From: an uncultured bacterium
Lineage (GTDB): Bacteria; Actinomycetota; Acidimicrobiia; Acidimicrobiales; VFJN01
NCBI GenBank assembly: GCA_963813485.1
Contig: CAWEZE010000011.1
Span: 96,178 to 160,177 of the forward strand
Length of the DNA: 64,000 nucleotides
Reading direction: 5' to 3'
The first letter of the stretch is position 1; the number at the start of each line of letters is the position of its first letter. The position numbers and the translations under genes are program-made. Of this stretch, positions 38,441 through 47,053 are shown one piece after another. The notes under the pieces are model-generated. The model was not told the DNA's origin. It worked only from the letters and a program-made list of their open reading frames with translations, and searched no databases.

Positions 38441-38917
38441 ATGAGGGGTGCAAGCCTCGTCAAGCTGACCATGGCCGCCGCCGTCGGCGCGACGCTCGCC
38501 TACGTCTTCGATCCGGTCCGCGGGCGCCGGCGCCGGGCCGAGCTGAAGGATCGGGGCCGGGCGACCGTGCGCCGCGAGATGCGGGCCGCCGAACGCCAGG
38601 CCAGCTACGGCAAGGGCCGGGCGGAGGGCGTGATCCACAAGTTCCGTCACCCCCGGCCCCATGTCCCCGAGGACGACATGACGCTGGCCGACAAGATCCG
38701 GAGCGAGGTGCTCGGCCGGGTCGACGGGCCTCACCTGACGATCGACGTCAACAACCGGGTGGTGACGCTGCGGGGCGAGGTGCCCGATGAGCAGGCGGCC
38801 CAGCACGTCGAGCGCGAGGTGCGGGCGACGCCGGGCGTCAGCGATGTCGTGAACCTGCTCCACCAGCCCGGGACGCCGGCGCCCAACAAGGCCGACGCGC
38901 TCCGGGCCGAGAGCTAG
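38441..38917 (+). CDS. BON domain-containing protein
   Basis: AGGAGG SD 8 nt before the ATG at 38441. N-terminal TM/YtxH-like segment, then DDMTLADKIRSEVLGR..IDVNNRVVTLRGEVPDEQ...V..TPGVSDVVNLL (BON). Confidence 0.75.
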   Translation: MRGASLVKLTMAAAVGATLAYVFDPVRGRRRRAELKDRGRATVRREMRAAERQASYGKGRAEGVIHKFRHPRPHVPEDDMTLADKIRSEVLGRVDGPHLTIDVNNRVVTLRGEVPDEQAAQHVEREVRATPGVSDVVNLLHQPGTPAPNKADALRAES

Positions 38918-39020
38918 TGTCCCGTCCCGCCCACTGGTAGGTCGGACGCGACCGGCGTCCGGCACTCGGCGCCACTAGCGTCACGGGTCGCAAAGGGTCA
39001 CCAATCCGGGGGGCAGCGAC

Positions 39021-39848
39021 ATGAAGCGACCTGTGTCATCCGTGCTCGTCGTGGCGGCCGCGGTCGCCGCGTTCCTGTTCGCCATCGCCGGCGCGGCCGG
39101 GGCGATCACCTTCGGTCAACCGGACGGTAACCGGCACCCCAACGTGGGGGCCTTGCTCGCCGACTACGACCCCGACAGCCCGGGTCCCGACCTCCTCTGC
39201 AGCGGCACGCTCATCGCCACCGACGTCTACCTCACCGCTGGCCATTGCACGGCATTCCTCGAAGACGAGGGCATCACCGACGTCTGGGTTACCTTCGCCT
39301 CGGAGTACGACGAGGATGCTGCCGCGCCGCCCGGGATCATCCACGGCTCCTACGTCACCAACCCGGACTTCGGGTTCTCCGGTCCCGGCGGCGCATCCGA
39401 TCCCCACGACCTCGCCGTGGTGCTGCTAGACACCGCCCCCGGCCTCACCCCCGCCGAGCTGCCGACCGAAGGCCTGCTCGACGAGCTGAAGGCGAGCCAC
39501 GAGCTGAAGAGCGCCGCGTTCACGCCCGTCGGCTACGGCACGGTCCGCGAGGACAAGACCGGCGGGCCGCACGCCCTGTTCTTCGACGGCGTCCGCCGGT
39601 TCGCCACCCAGACCTTCAAGTCGCTCCAGGGGGCGTGGCTCGGCCTGTCGCAACAGCCGTCGACCGGCGACGGTGGCACCTGCTTCGGCGACTCGGGCGG
39701 GCCGCACTTCCTCGGCGGCGCGGGCAGCAACCTGCTGGTCGCGACGACCGTGACGGGCGACTCGCAGTGCCGCGCGTTCGACAAGGCCTACCGGCTCGAC
39801 ACGGCGTCGGCCCGCGAGTTCCTGGGCCAGTTCGTCGATCTGCCCTGA
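39021..39848 (+). CDS. Secreted trypsin-like (S1 family) serine protease
   Basis: Signal peptide MKRPVSSVLVVAAAVAAFLFAIAGAAGA. Catalytic triad motifs TAGHC, DLAVVLL and GDSGGP. Confidence 0.88.
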   Translation: MKRPVSSVLVVAAAVAAFLFAIAGAAGAITFGQPDGNRHPNVGALLADYDPDSPGPDLLCSGTLIATDVYLTAGHCTAFLEDEGITDVWVTFASEYDEDAAAPPGIIHGSYVTNPDFGFSGPGGASDPHDLAVVLLDTAPGLTPAELPTEGLLDELKASHELKSAAFTPVGYGTVREDKTGGPHALFFDGVRRFATQTFKSLQGAWLGLSQQPSTGDGGTCFGDSGGPHFLGGAGSNLLVATTVTGDSQCRAFDKAYRLDTASAREFLGQFVDLP

Positions 39849-39880
39849 GCGCGACCGAACGGAAGGGCCGGCCCGCCCGG

Positions 39881-39906
39881 CGGAACGGGCTGACGGGACG
39901 CTAGGC
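39881..39906. repeat. 26-nt short dispersed repeat (copy 2 of 2)
   Basis: GCGGAACGGGCTGACGGGACGCTAGG; see 22317-22342. It includes the stop codon of the CoA-transferase B gene. Confidence 0.5.
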
Positions 39907-40665
39907 GGGGTCAGGCACCTCGCGCTCCCGGGCGCCCTCGGGATCGATGACCTCGCGGATCAGCACGAGCTCCTCCGGCGTCGGCGGCCGCGACTCGGGG
40001 ACGTCGGCAGGCACCACCAGCTCGAAGCCTGTGGCCGCCAGGACGTCGTCCACGCCCACACCGGGATGGATCGAGCACAGCCGCATACGGCGATCGGGGG
40101 TTTCGAAGTCGAACACGCCGAGGTTGGACACCACCCGGCGAATGTCGACGAAGCGCGCCGCCGGCCCCAGCTCCGCGGCCCGGTCCCAGCCGATGCCGGT
40201 GACGGTGTCGACCTTCTCGACGAAGACCTTGGGGCCGTGGCTGGGCACCCAGTAGCTGGTGGGGTCGTTGATGGTGTTACCAGGAGCGCCGCGATAGCCG
40301 AGCAGCTGCACCGTGGGCCGGTCGTAGTCCCCGATGGCGGCGAGGTTCTGGTTGCCGTAGCGGTCGACCTGCGAGGCGCCCATCATCACGTGGCGGCGAC
40401 CCGACCACACCCAGTCGAACATCGACCGGTACGGGTTCCAGTACTCGATCACACGCTCGTCGGGCGGGACCACTGCCCGGTCGTTGGCGACGAGCGTGGC
40501 TTCGCCGTCGGTCATGGCCAGGTCCGGCTCGAACGTGGCTCGCGCCAGACGCCCGCCGATCATGGGAATGGTGCCGATCGGGTTCGCGAGCAGCTCGCCG
40601 TCGCCACGAAAGCACTCGGCGACCGCCACCACGCACACCTCGGCTCGGGTGGCGTGCGGGCTCAT
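39901..40665 (-). CDS. CoA-transferase subunit B (IpdB-like)
   Basis: From the ATG at 40665 (254 aa), glutaconate-CoA-transferase B-subunit-like. It overlaps the subunit A stop by 4 nt. Confidence 0.8.
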   Translation of the reverse strand: MSPHATRAEVCVVAVAECFRGDGELLANPIGTIPMIGGRLARATFEPDLAMTDGEATLVANDRAVVPPDERVIEYWNPYRSMFDWVWSGRRHVMMGASQVDRYGNQNLAAIGDYDRPTVQLLGYRGAPGNTINDPTSYWVPSHGPKVFVEKVDTVTGIGWDRAAELGPAARFVDIRRVVSNLGVFDFETPDRRMRLCSIHPGVGVDDVLAATGFELVVPADVPESRPPTPEELVLIREVIDPEGAREREVPDPA

Positions 40666-41576
40666 GTCGCTTCTCCCCGGCTTCCGCGGCCGCTCGGGCT
40701 CCGACGCTCGCTGAGGTCCCCGACCTTGCGCTGGTAATCGGCCTCGGGGATGTCGATCCACTCGGCGCGGAACGCCGCCCATGCCTCGGGTGAGCGGGCC
40801 GACGCCGCGTAGGCCCTCTGCACCGCCTCGTCCCGGGGGTAGTCGGGTTCGCACAGGGTGAAGTGGGCGCCGCCCGGAGCGGACACGACGCCATCGACCA
40901 TCATCCGGCTGATCCGCAGCTGGTGGGTGCACCCCTCGTGGCGCAGGTCTGCGGTCTCGACGATGCGCTCGGCCGATATGAAGCGCCCGCCGGTGGGGGC
41001 GGCCTGGAGCATGAGATCGTCCCAGTACAGGTCGGGACCGAGGAACATGGCATTGCCGCGGCGGTCGGCCCGGTTGAGGTGGCAGATGCTGGCGTCGAGC
41101 CGAAAAGCCGGCATGGCCACCAGCTCCTCCCTCTCCCCGTCGTGCCCGGCGACCGGCGACGTGAACGTCCGCAGTTCGCCGTTGTCGCGCAGCAGGTCGG
41201 AACCCAGCCCCGCCCGGCTGGGCAGGAACGGCAATCGCCACGCCGCCGCCTGCAGTCCGAGGTGGAAAAGCCCCTCGTCGAGCGGCTCGTCCTCGATGGC
41301 GCCCGCCTGCCGGGCGGCGCGGAAGTGGGGCTCGAGGGGGATGGAGTCCAGCGAAACGAAGGCGTAGATCGCCTTTCGGACTTTGCCGGCGGCGCACAGC
41401 AGGCCGAGGTCGGGGCCGCCGTGGGTGACGATCACAAGGTCAGTGAGGTCGCTGCGCACCATGGCGCGAACGATCGACATCGGCTTGCGCCGGCTCGCCC
41501 ATCCGCCGATGGCGATCGTCATGCCCGAGCGCAGCCGGCCGACCACCTCCTCCTCGGTCATCAGCTTGTCTGCCAT
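40662..41576 (-). CDS. CoA-transferase subunit A (IpdA-like)
   Basis: 304 aa: MTIAIGGWASRRKPM..VTHGGPDLG..; family I CoA-transferase alpha subunit. Confidence 0.8.
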   Translation of the reverse strand: MADKLMTEEEVVGRLRSGMTIAIGGWASRRKPMSIVRAMVRSDLTDLVIVTHGGPDLGLLCAAGKVRKAIYAFVSLDSIPLEPHFRAARQAGAIEDEPLDEGLFHLGLQAAAWRLPFLPSRAGLGSDLLRDNGELRTFTSPVAGHDGEREELVAMPAFRLDASICHLNRADRRGNAMFLGPDLYWDDLMLQAAPTGGRFISAERIVETADLRHEGCTHQLRISRMMVDGVVSAPGGAHFTLCEPDYPRDEAVQRAYAASARSPEAWAAFRAEWIDIPEADYQRKVGDLSERRSPSGRGSRGEAT

Positions 41577-41583
41577 CTGCGCC

Positions 41584-42345
41584 TCAGCGGGAGGTGTCGG
41601 TGTCGCGGCCCTCGACGAAGGCGTCGCGGTGCTCGTCGGCCACCCCCGACAGGTTCAGCTCGAAGGTGAAACCCTGTTCGAAGCGGTAGCTACGCCGGAC
41701 GTCCCAGAGGTCTATGCCGTTGAGCGACTCCTTGGCGGCGCGGATCACGGTCGGCGACTTGGCGGCGATCGCCTCGGCCACCTCGAGTGCCGCCGCCCGC
41801 AGTTCGTCGCGGGGAACCACTCTGAGGACCGATCCGAACGCCGCCAGCTCGTCGGCGGTGGCGGTCGCCGCGGTGTAGACCATGGCGCGCATCTTGTGCT
41901 GGGGGACCAGCCGCGCCAGGTGGGTGGCGGCGCCCAGGGCACCGCGGTCGACCTCTGGCAGCCCGAATGTGGCGTCGTCGGACGCCACCACGATGTCGGC
42001 GTTGCCGACCAGGCCGATGCCGCCGCCGAGGCAGTAGCCGTGCACCGCCGCCAGGACCGGCACCTTGCACTCGTAGACCGCGGCGAACGCCTCGAAGCAG
42101 CCCCGGTTGGCGCCCACGAGGGCGTCGAAGCCCTCGCTCGCCTGCATCTCCTTGATGTCGACGCCGGCGTTGAATCCCCGTCCCTCGGCCCGCAGGACGA
42201 CCGCCCGCACCGCCGCGTCCTCGCCGAGCTCCCGCACGGCCGAAGCCAGCTCGAACCATCCGGCCACGGTCAGGGCGTTGACCGGCGGGTTCTCCATCAC
42301 GACCTCGGCGACCCCGGAGTCGTGGCGCTCGGTGGTGATCGGCAT
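41584..42345 (-). CDS. Enoyl-CoA hydratase/isomerase (crotonase; EchA20-like position)
   Basis: 253 aa: NPPVNAL..RGFNAGVDIKE..AAVHGYCLGGGIGL. Confidence 0.88.
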   Translation of the reverse strand: MPITTERHDSGVAEVVMENPPVNALTVAGWFELASAVRELGEDAAVRAVVLRAEGRGFNAGVDIKEMQASEGFDALVGANRGCFEAFAAVYECKVPVLAAVHGYCLGGGIGLVGNADIVVASDDATFGLPEVDRGALGAATHLARLVPQHKMRAMVYTAATATADELAAFGSVLRVVPRDELRAAALEVAEAIAAKSPTVIRAAKESLNGIDLWDVRRSYRFEQGFTFELNLSGVADEHRDAFVEGRDTDTSR

Positions 42346-42373
42346 CCGGCAGCAGCCCTCGGCTCGATGGAGT

Positions 42374-42388
42374 CTGACGCTTCGTCAG
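42374..42388. promoter_or_regulatory. Perfect palindrome CTGACG-CTT-CGTCAG (candidate operator, copy 1 of 3; extends to an 8+3+8 dyad at 42372-42390)
   Basis: 29-43 nt upstream of the crotonase/CoA-transferase operon ATG (42345). Confidence 0.55.
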
Positions 42389-42478
42389 ACGGCCGACGCA
42401 ACGTAGGTCGGCGCCCTCACCGCTAACAACCCGCCCGATTCCCTGACGGTGTAAGGCCACGTCTACTCTCTCGAAGCG

Positions 42479-42913
42479 ATGAAGCGTGCCACCGCGTCGC
42501 TCCTGGGCCTCGTGCTCGTCGCCGGCTCGTTCGCCGCGTGTGGCGGCGACGACGAAAGCGCCGGCGGCGACGGAGGGCTCTCCACGTCGGACAGCTCGTC
42601 CGACGGCTCGGTGCCCGAGGACGTCGTGGTCATCGACACCGATCCCGCCGAGGTCACCGCGCTCGACAACTCGTTTCGTCCGGAGAACATCGAGGTCGCG
42701 GCCGGCACCGAGGTCGTGTGGACCAACAAGGGTCGCAACGAGCACAACGTCCTCCACGTGGACGGCGACGACTGGGGCGTCGAGGTGGACGACTTCCAGC
42801 CCGGCGCCTCCTATTCGCACACCTTCGACGAGGCGGGCGTGTACCGCTACTACTGCTCGATCCACGGCACGACCGACGCTGGCATGATCGGGACGATCGT
42901 CGTCAGCGGCTGA
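42479..42913 (+). CDS. Cupredoxin (plastocyanin/amicyanin-like blue copper) lipoprotein
   Basis: Lipobox LVAGSFAAC-GGDDE. Type-1 Cu ligands: ..NEHNV.., YYCSIHG....M. Confidence 0.85.
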   Translation: MKRATASLLGLVLVAGSFAACGGDDESAGGDGGLSTSDSSSDGSVPEDVVVIDTDPAEVTALDNSFRPENIEVAAGTEVVWTNKGRNEHNVLHVDGDDWGVEVDDFQPGASYSHTFDEAGVYRYYCSIHGTTDAGMIGTIVVSG

Positions 42914-42928
42914 GCCCGGGAGAAGCGC

Positions 42929-44311
42929 ATGCCCACCATTCGACGCCTGTTCGCGGTGCTGCTTGCCGGCGCCTTGGCCCTCGCCGCCTGTGGCGGCGAC
43001 GACGATGACGGCGGATCGGCCGAGGGCGAGGGAGACAGCGGCGACGGCAGCACGATCAACGTCCCCGACGACCACGACACCATCCAGGCTGCGGTCGATG
43101 CGGCCGAGCCCGGCGACTTGATCCTCATCCAGCCGGGCACCTACGAGGAATCGGTCAGCGTCACCACCGACGAGCTGACGATCCGCGGCGTCGACCGCAA
43201 CGAGGTGATCCTCGACGGCGGCTTCGAGCTCGACAACGGCATCCGGGTGACGGGCGCCACCGGCGTAGCTATCGAGAACATGACGGCACGGAACTACACC
43301 GAGAACGGCTTCTTCTGGACGGGCGTCGAGGGCTACCGCGGGTCCTACCTCACGACGTATCGCATCGGCGACTACGGCATCTACGCATTCGACTCGGTCA
43401 AGGGACTCATCGAGCACAGCTTCACGTCGGGTAGCCCCGACGCCGGCGTCTACATCGGCCAGTGCTACCCGTGCGACGCCGTCATCGACGACGTCGTCTC
43501 CGAGCACAACGGGCTCGGCTACTCCGGGACCAACTCCGGAGGCAACCTGCTGATCGTCAACTCGACGTTCCGCTTCAACCGGGCGGGGATCGTGCCCAAC
43601 TCCGGCAGCTACGAGCTGTGCTACCCCGAGCGCGAGACCACGATCGTCGGCAACCTCGTGTACTCCAACAATCAGGCGGATTCGCCGGCCATCGACGTGG
43701 CCCTGCTCGGCATGGGCAACGGCATCCTGCCGGCCGGCGGCGTCGGCAACATCATCGAACGCAACCGCGTCTTCGACCACGACCTCACGGGGATCGGCCT
43801 GTTGCCGTTCCCCGAGGAGGATGCCAACGACGTCGTTCCGCCCGCGTCCGACGACGATCAGCCCTGCAGCGAGGCCAAGGGCGAGCCCACCGCCGATCCC
43901 GCCACGATCCCCGACACCGTGCTGTGGAACCCGCGGGACAACCGGGTCGTCGGCAACGTGATCGAGGACTCGGGCCTCGCCGACATCGGCCTCGGGTCGC
44001 TGGAGGACGTGTCGGGGCTCGGCAACTGCTTCGCCGACAACGAGCTCACCAGCACCGCGCCCACCGACCTCGAGGCACTTGCGCCGTGCGAGGGTGAGGG
44101 CAGTGGCGGCGACTGGACCGCCGGAGCGCTGAACCTGAGCCCGTTCCTGGCCGAGAAGCCGCCCTCCGGGGACTACAAGACGTCGCCGGTGCCCGACGAC
44201 CAGGAGAACATGCCCGACGCCGAGGACGCCCCTGCGCGTCCCGCCACCGACGTACCGGGCGACGTCGACGTCGACGCGATCGAGGTGCCGGCAAGGCCGA
44301 GCGACGCCTAG
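42929..44311 (+). CDS. Right-handed parallel beta-helix repeat (NosD/pectate-lyase-like) lipoprotein
   Basis: Lipobox LAGALALAAC-GGDDDD. The N-terminus DTIQAAVDAAEPGDLILIQPGTYEESV is typical of beta-helix proteins. Repeated N/G-rich coils and several conserved Cys pairs. Confidence 0.75.
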   Translation: MPTIRRLFAVLLAGALALAACGGDDDDGGSAEGEGDSGDGSTINVPDDHDTIQAAVDAAEPGDLILIQPGTYEESVSVTTDELTIRGVDRNEVILDGGFELDNGIRVTGATGVAIENMTARNYTENGFFWTGVEGYRGSYLTTYRIGDYGIYAFDSVKGLIEHSFTSGSPDAGVYIGQCYPCDAVIDDVVSEHNGLGYSGTNSGGNLLIVNSTFRFNRAGIVPNSGSYELCYPERETTIVGNLVYSNNQADSPAIDVALLGMGNGILPAGGVGNIIERNRVFDHDLTGIGLLPFPEEDANDVVPPASDDDQPCSEAKGEPTADPATIPDTVLWNPRDNRVVGNVIEDSGLADIGLGSLEDVSGLGNCFADNELTSTAPTDLEALAPCEGEGSGGDWTAGALNLSPFLAEKPPSGDYKTSPVPDDQENMPDAEDAPARPATDVPGDVDVDAIEVPARPSDA

Positions 44312-44515
44312 TCGTCAGCCTCCCCGGAATCGTCGGCCAGAATCGCCGCTGGTCAGCGTCCTCGGCCTCGAATTCGCTGGTGGATCCTCGGCCTGCGTCC
44401 TTGCCAGTGCGATTCTGACTCGTCGATCGGTCCGGGCTGCGACCGACTCGCGGTCGTCCTGGGAGCGTGTGGCGGGGACGAGGGCCGGTCGATCGATGCC
44501 GACCCGGCCGCCGCG

Positions 44516-45295
44516 GTGCGCGTGTCGCCGACGCAGGCCGGTCCGCAGGGGCGGGTCGCGCAGTTCGTCGTCGAATGTCGCTTCAGCCACGCCGGCCCCG
44601 ACGACCCGATCGTGCACTTCGGTCATCACGGTCGGTCACACCTGCACACGTTCTTCGGCAGCACCGTCACCGACGCATCGACCACGGCTGCCGACCTGGC
44701 CGCCGGCGGCACCACCTGCGCGCAGAAGCTCGACCGGGCGTCGTACTGGGCACCGGCGCTGCTCGAGCGCGGCCGGATGGTGGCCCCCACCGGTGCGGAC
44801 GCCTATTACCGCCCGGGAGTAGGTGTTGATCCCGACTCGGTCGAGCCCTACCCATTCGGCCTCAAGATGATCGGCGGCGACCAGGGTGCATCCCGCCCAC
44901 AGTCCCTCGACATCGTCGCCTGGGCATGCGGTACGGGATCCGAACGCCACACCACGCCGCCCGCCTGTCCCGAGGGTCGGCCCTTGCGGCTGTTGGTGAG
45001 CTTTCCTGACTGCTGGGACGGTCGGCACCTCGACAGTGACGACCACGTCAGTCACATGGCGCGCAGCGCGGACGGGGCGTGCCCGGAGTCACATCCCGTG
45101 GTCATGCCGCAGTTGCTGCTCTCGATCGGGTATCCGCTCACGGGTGGCGGCCACGAGCTGTCGCTGGCCTCGGGTTCGCTGCTCACCGGGCACGCCGACT
45201 TCTTCAACGGGTGGGACGAGCACAAGCTCGCAACCGAGGTTTCTTCGTGCATTCACCAGGATGTGACCTGCGGTGTCGTCAGTAGCCGGCCGTGA
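44516..45295 (+). CDS. DUF1996 domain protein (N-terminus unresolved)
   Basis: FVVECRFSHAGPDDPIVHFGHHGRSHLHTFFG...YWAPAL...SFPDCWDG..LDSDDHVSHMA...CP.SHPV.MPQL matches DUF1996 signatures. An in-frame lipobox LAVVLGAC-GGDEG lies at 44447-44482 without any in-frame start codon, so the 5' end may be frameshifted. Confidence 0.7.
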   Translation: MRVSPTQAGPQGRVAQFVVECRFSHAGPDDPIVHFGHHGRSHLHTFFGSTVTDASTTAADLAAGGTTCAQKLDRASYWAPALLERGRMVAPTGADAYYRPGVGVDPDSVEPYPFGLKMIGGDQGASRPQSLDIVAWACGTGSERHTTPPACPEGRPLRLLVSFPDCWDGRHLDSDDHVSHMARSADGACPESHPVVMPQLLLSIGYPLTGGGHELSLASGSLLTGHADFFNGWDEHKLATEVSSCIHQDVTCGVVSSRP

Positions 45296-45392
45296 GAGGC
45301 GCCGAAAACACCAGCAACGAGTGAGTTGAGTGGCGATGCCAGCGCGAAGCGCGCTTGCGTCGGATGGGAAGCTCTTTGCTCAGTGGGGTGAT

Positions 45393-45422
45393 CGTCCGCC
45401 AGCTGCCGGGGGTTGGCGGACG
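45393..45422. terminator. GC-rich hairpin between convergent genes (candidate bidirectional terminator)
   Basis: CGTCCGCCA-N12-TGGCGGACG, a 9-bp perfect stem with no U-tract. Confidence 0.35.
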
Positions 45423-45481
45423 GTTCCCTCCGTGCCTGGGAGCCCGCGGGTGGCCCGGAGTCGGTCGCCAAGCGGGCGCCG

Positions 45482-46492
45482 TCAGGGGGCCGAGGATGGG
45501 GTCTGGGCCGGCGTGTCGCGGTTGACCCAGCCCGGATCGGCGTACCGCGCGCCGACCGGCGTCAGGCGCTCGAGGCGGGCCACGTCGTCGGCGGACAGCT
45601 CGAGATCCAGAGCCGCCACGTTCTCTTCGAGGTACCTGCGGCGCTTCGTCCCGGGGATGGGAACGACGTCGTCGCCCTGGGCCTGCAGCCAGGCGAGCGC
45701 AACCTGCCCGGGTGTGGCGTCGTGGCTGGCTGCGATCTCCCGCACCACCGCCACCAGCTCGAGGTTGCGCTCGAGGTTCTCACCCTGGAATCGGGGCTGG
45801 GTGCGGCGGAAGTCGTCGCCCTGGAGCTCGTCGAGGCTGGACACCGCGCCGGTGAGCAGGCCCCGTCCCAACGGGCTGTAGGGCACCAGCGCGATGCCGA
45901 GCTCCCGGCAGGCGGGCACGATCTCGGCCTCGATGTCGCGCGAGAACAACGACCACTCGGTCTGTAGCGCGGCGATGGGGTGCACGGCCGCAGCCCTGCG
46001 GACCGTGTCGGCCGACGCCTCCGACAGCCCGAGGTGACGCACCTTGCCGGCGTCGACCAGCTCGGCCATCGCACCCACCGTCTCCTCGATCGGCACCTCG
46101 GTGTCGGGCCGGTGCTGGTAGTAGAGATCGATGTGGTCCACGCCCAGGCGTTCCAGCGAGGCGTCGCAGGCATGCCGTACGTATTCGGGGTCGCCGCGGA
46201 CGCTGCGGACGTCGAGGCCGTCGGGATCGATGAAGATCCCGAACTTGGTGGCCAGGACAACATCGTCCCGGCGGCCGGCGATGGCCCTTCCTACCAACTG
46301 CTCGTTCTCGCCGAAGCCGTAGATGTCGGCGGTGTCGAGCAGGGTGATGCCGAGCTCGAGGGCCCTGTCGATGGTGGCCGTGGCCTCCGCGGCATCAGGC
46401 GTGCCGTAGGCGAAGCTCATGCCCATGCAGCCGAGGCCCTGGGCCGACACGGTTGGTCCGGAGCGCCCGAGGGCGCGATGGGGTATTGCCAT
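45482..46492 (-). CDS. Aldo/keto reductase
   Basis: From the ATG at 46492 (337 aa): [36 protein letters not shown] (AKR catalytic tetrad context). Confidence 0.9.
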   Translation of the reverse strand: MAIPHRALGRSGPTVSAQGLGCMGMSFAYGTPDAAEATATIDRALELGITLLDTADIYGFGENEQLVGRAIAGRRDDVVLATKFGIFIDPDGLDVRSVRGDPEYVRHACDASLERLGVDHIDLYYQHRPDTEVPIEETVGAMAELVDAGKVRHLGLSEASADTVRRAAAVHPIAALQTEWSLFSRDIEAEIVPACRELGIALVPYSPLGRGLLTGAVSSLDELQGDDFRRTQPRFQGENLERNLELVAVVREIAASHDATPGQVALAWLQAQGDDVVPIPGTKRRRYLEENVAALDLELSADDVARLERLTPVGARYADPGWVNRDTPAQTPSSAP

Positions 46493-46530
46493 GGCCTGCT
46501 CCTTGGAGGTGAGGACGGGGACTGCGCGGG

Positions 46531-46995
46531 TCAGGGGTCGCACATGCCGCCGTAGGTGGCGATCTTGAAATCGATCACGTCGAGCGCCGCCTGGAGCTCG
46601 ACGAGCCGCTCGCTCACCTGGCTGCGGTGGCGCTCGAGCAAGGCGAGGCGCTCGGTTTCGTTGCCAGGTCCGGCGTCGACCAGCCGGAAGTACGCCTGGA
46701 CGTCGCGGATGGGCATGGCCGTGAGCCGAAGGCGCGTGATGAACACCACGCGCGCCAGCTCTGCGTCCGTGTACCAGCGCCGTCCGGCGTGGTCGCGGGG
46801 GACGTCCAGAAGGCCGATGCGCTCGTAGTAGCGCAACGTGTGCGCCGTGACGCCCGTCCGCTCGGCGGCCTCTGCGATCGGCAGGGACTGCGGCCCGTCG
46901 GGGGGCAGGGTCGGAGCCGGAGCAGTGCACGCGGTCGAGGCGGGGTCCTCCACTTCGACGACGTCGACGGATGGCTGGGCGAGCGCAACGGTCAT
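46531..46995 (-). CDS. MerR family transcriptional regulator
   Basis: [26 protein letters not shown], then a coiled-coil dimerisation helix and a C-terminal Cys. Confidence 0.88.
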   Translation of the reverse strand: MTVALAQPSVDVVEVEDPASTACTAPAPTLPPDGPQSLPIAEAAERTGVTAHTLRYYERIGLLDVPRDHAGRRWYTDAELARVVFITRLRLTAMPIRDVQAYFRLVDAGPGNETERLALLERHRSQVSERLVELQAALDVIDFKIATYGGMCDP

Positions 46996-47002
46996 CAGGT
47001 CG

Positions 47003-47033
47003 ACGGTAGGGCTTCGAGTGCGCTCTAAGTCAA
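47003..47033 (-). promoter_or_regulatory. MerR-type promoter: TTGACT - 19-nt spacer containing an imperfect dyad - TACCGT
   Basis: On the gene strand: TTGACT TAGAGCGCACTCGAAGCCC TACCGT, followed 7 nt later by the merR ATG (near-leaderless). The dyad CTTAGAGCGCACTCGAAG is 14/18 self-complementary. Confidence 0.45.
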
Positions 47034-47053
47034 GGGCAACTAGTGAGCGAGCT

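Noticed and set aside
38727-38745. TGACG-ATCGA-CGTCA inside the BON gene
   Set aside because: It is intragenic with different spacing, so probably coincidental.
41690-43780. 696-aa minus-strand ORF over the cupredoxin/beta-helix genes
   Set aside because: No motifs. It is antisense to two genes with lipoboxes and clear domain signatures.
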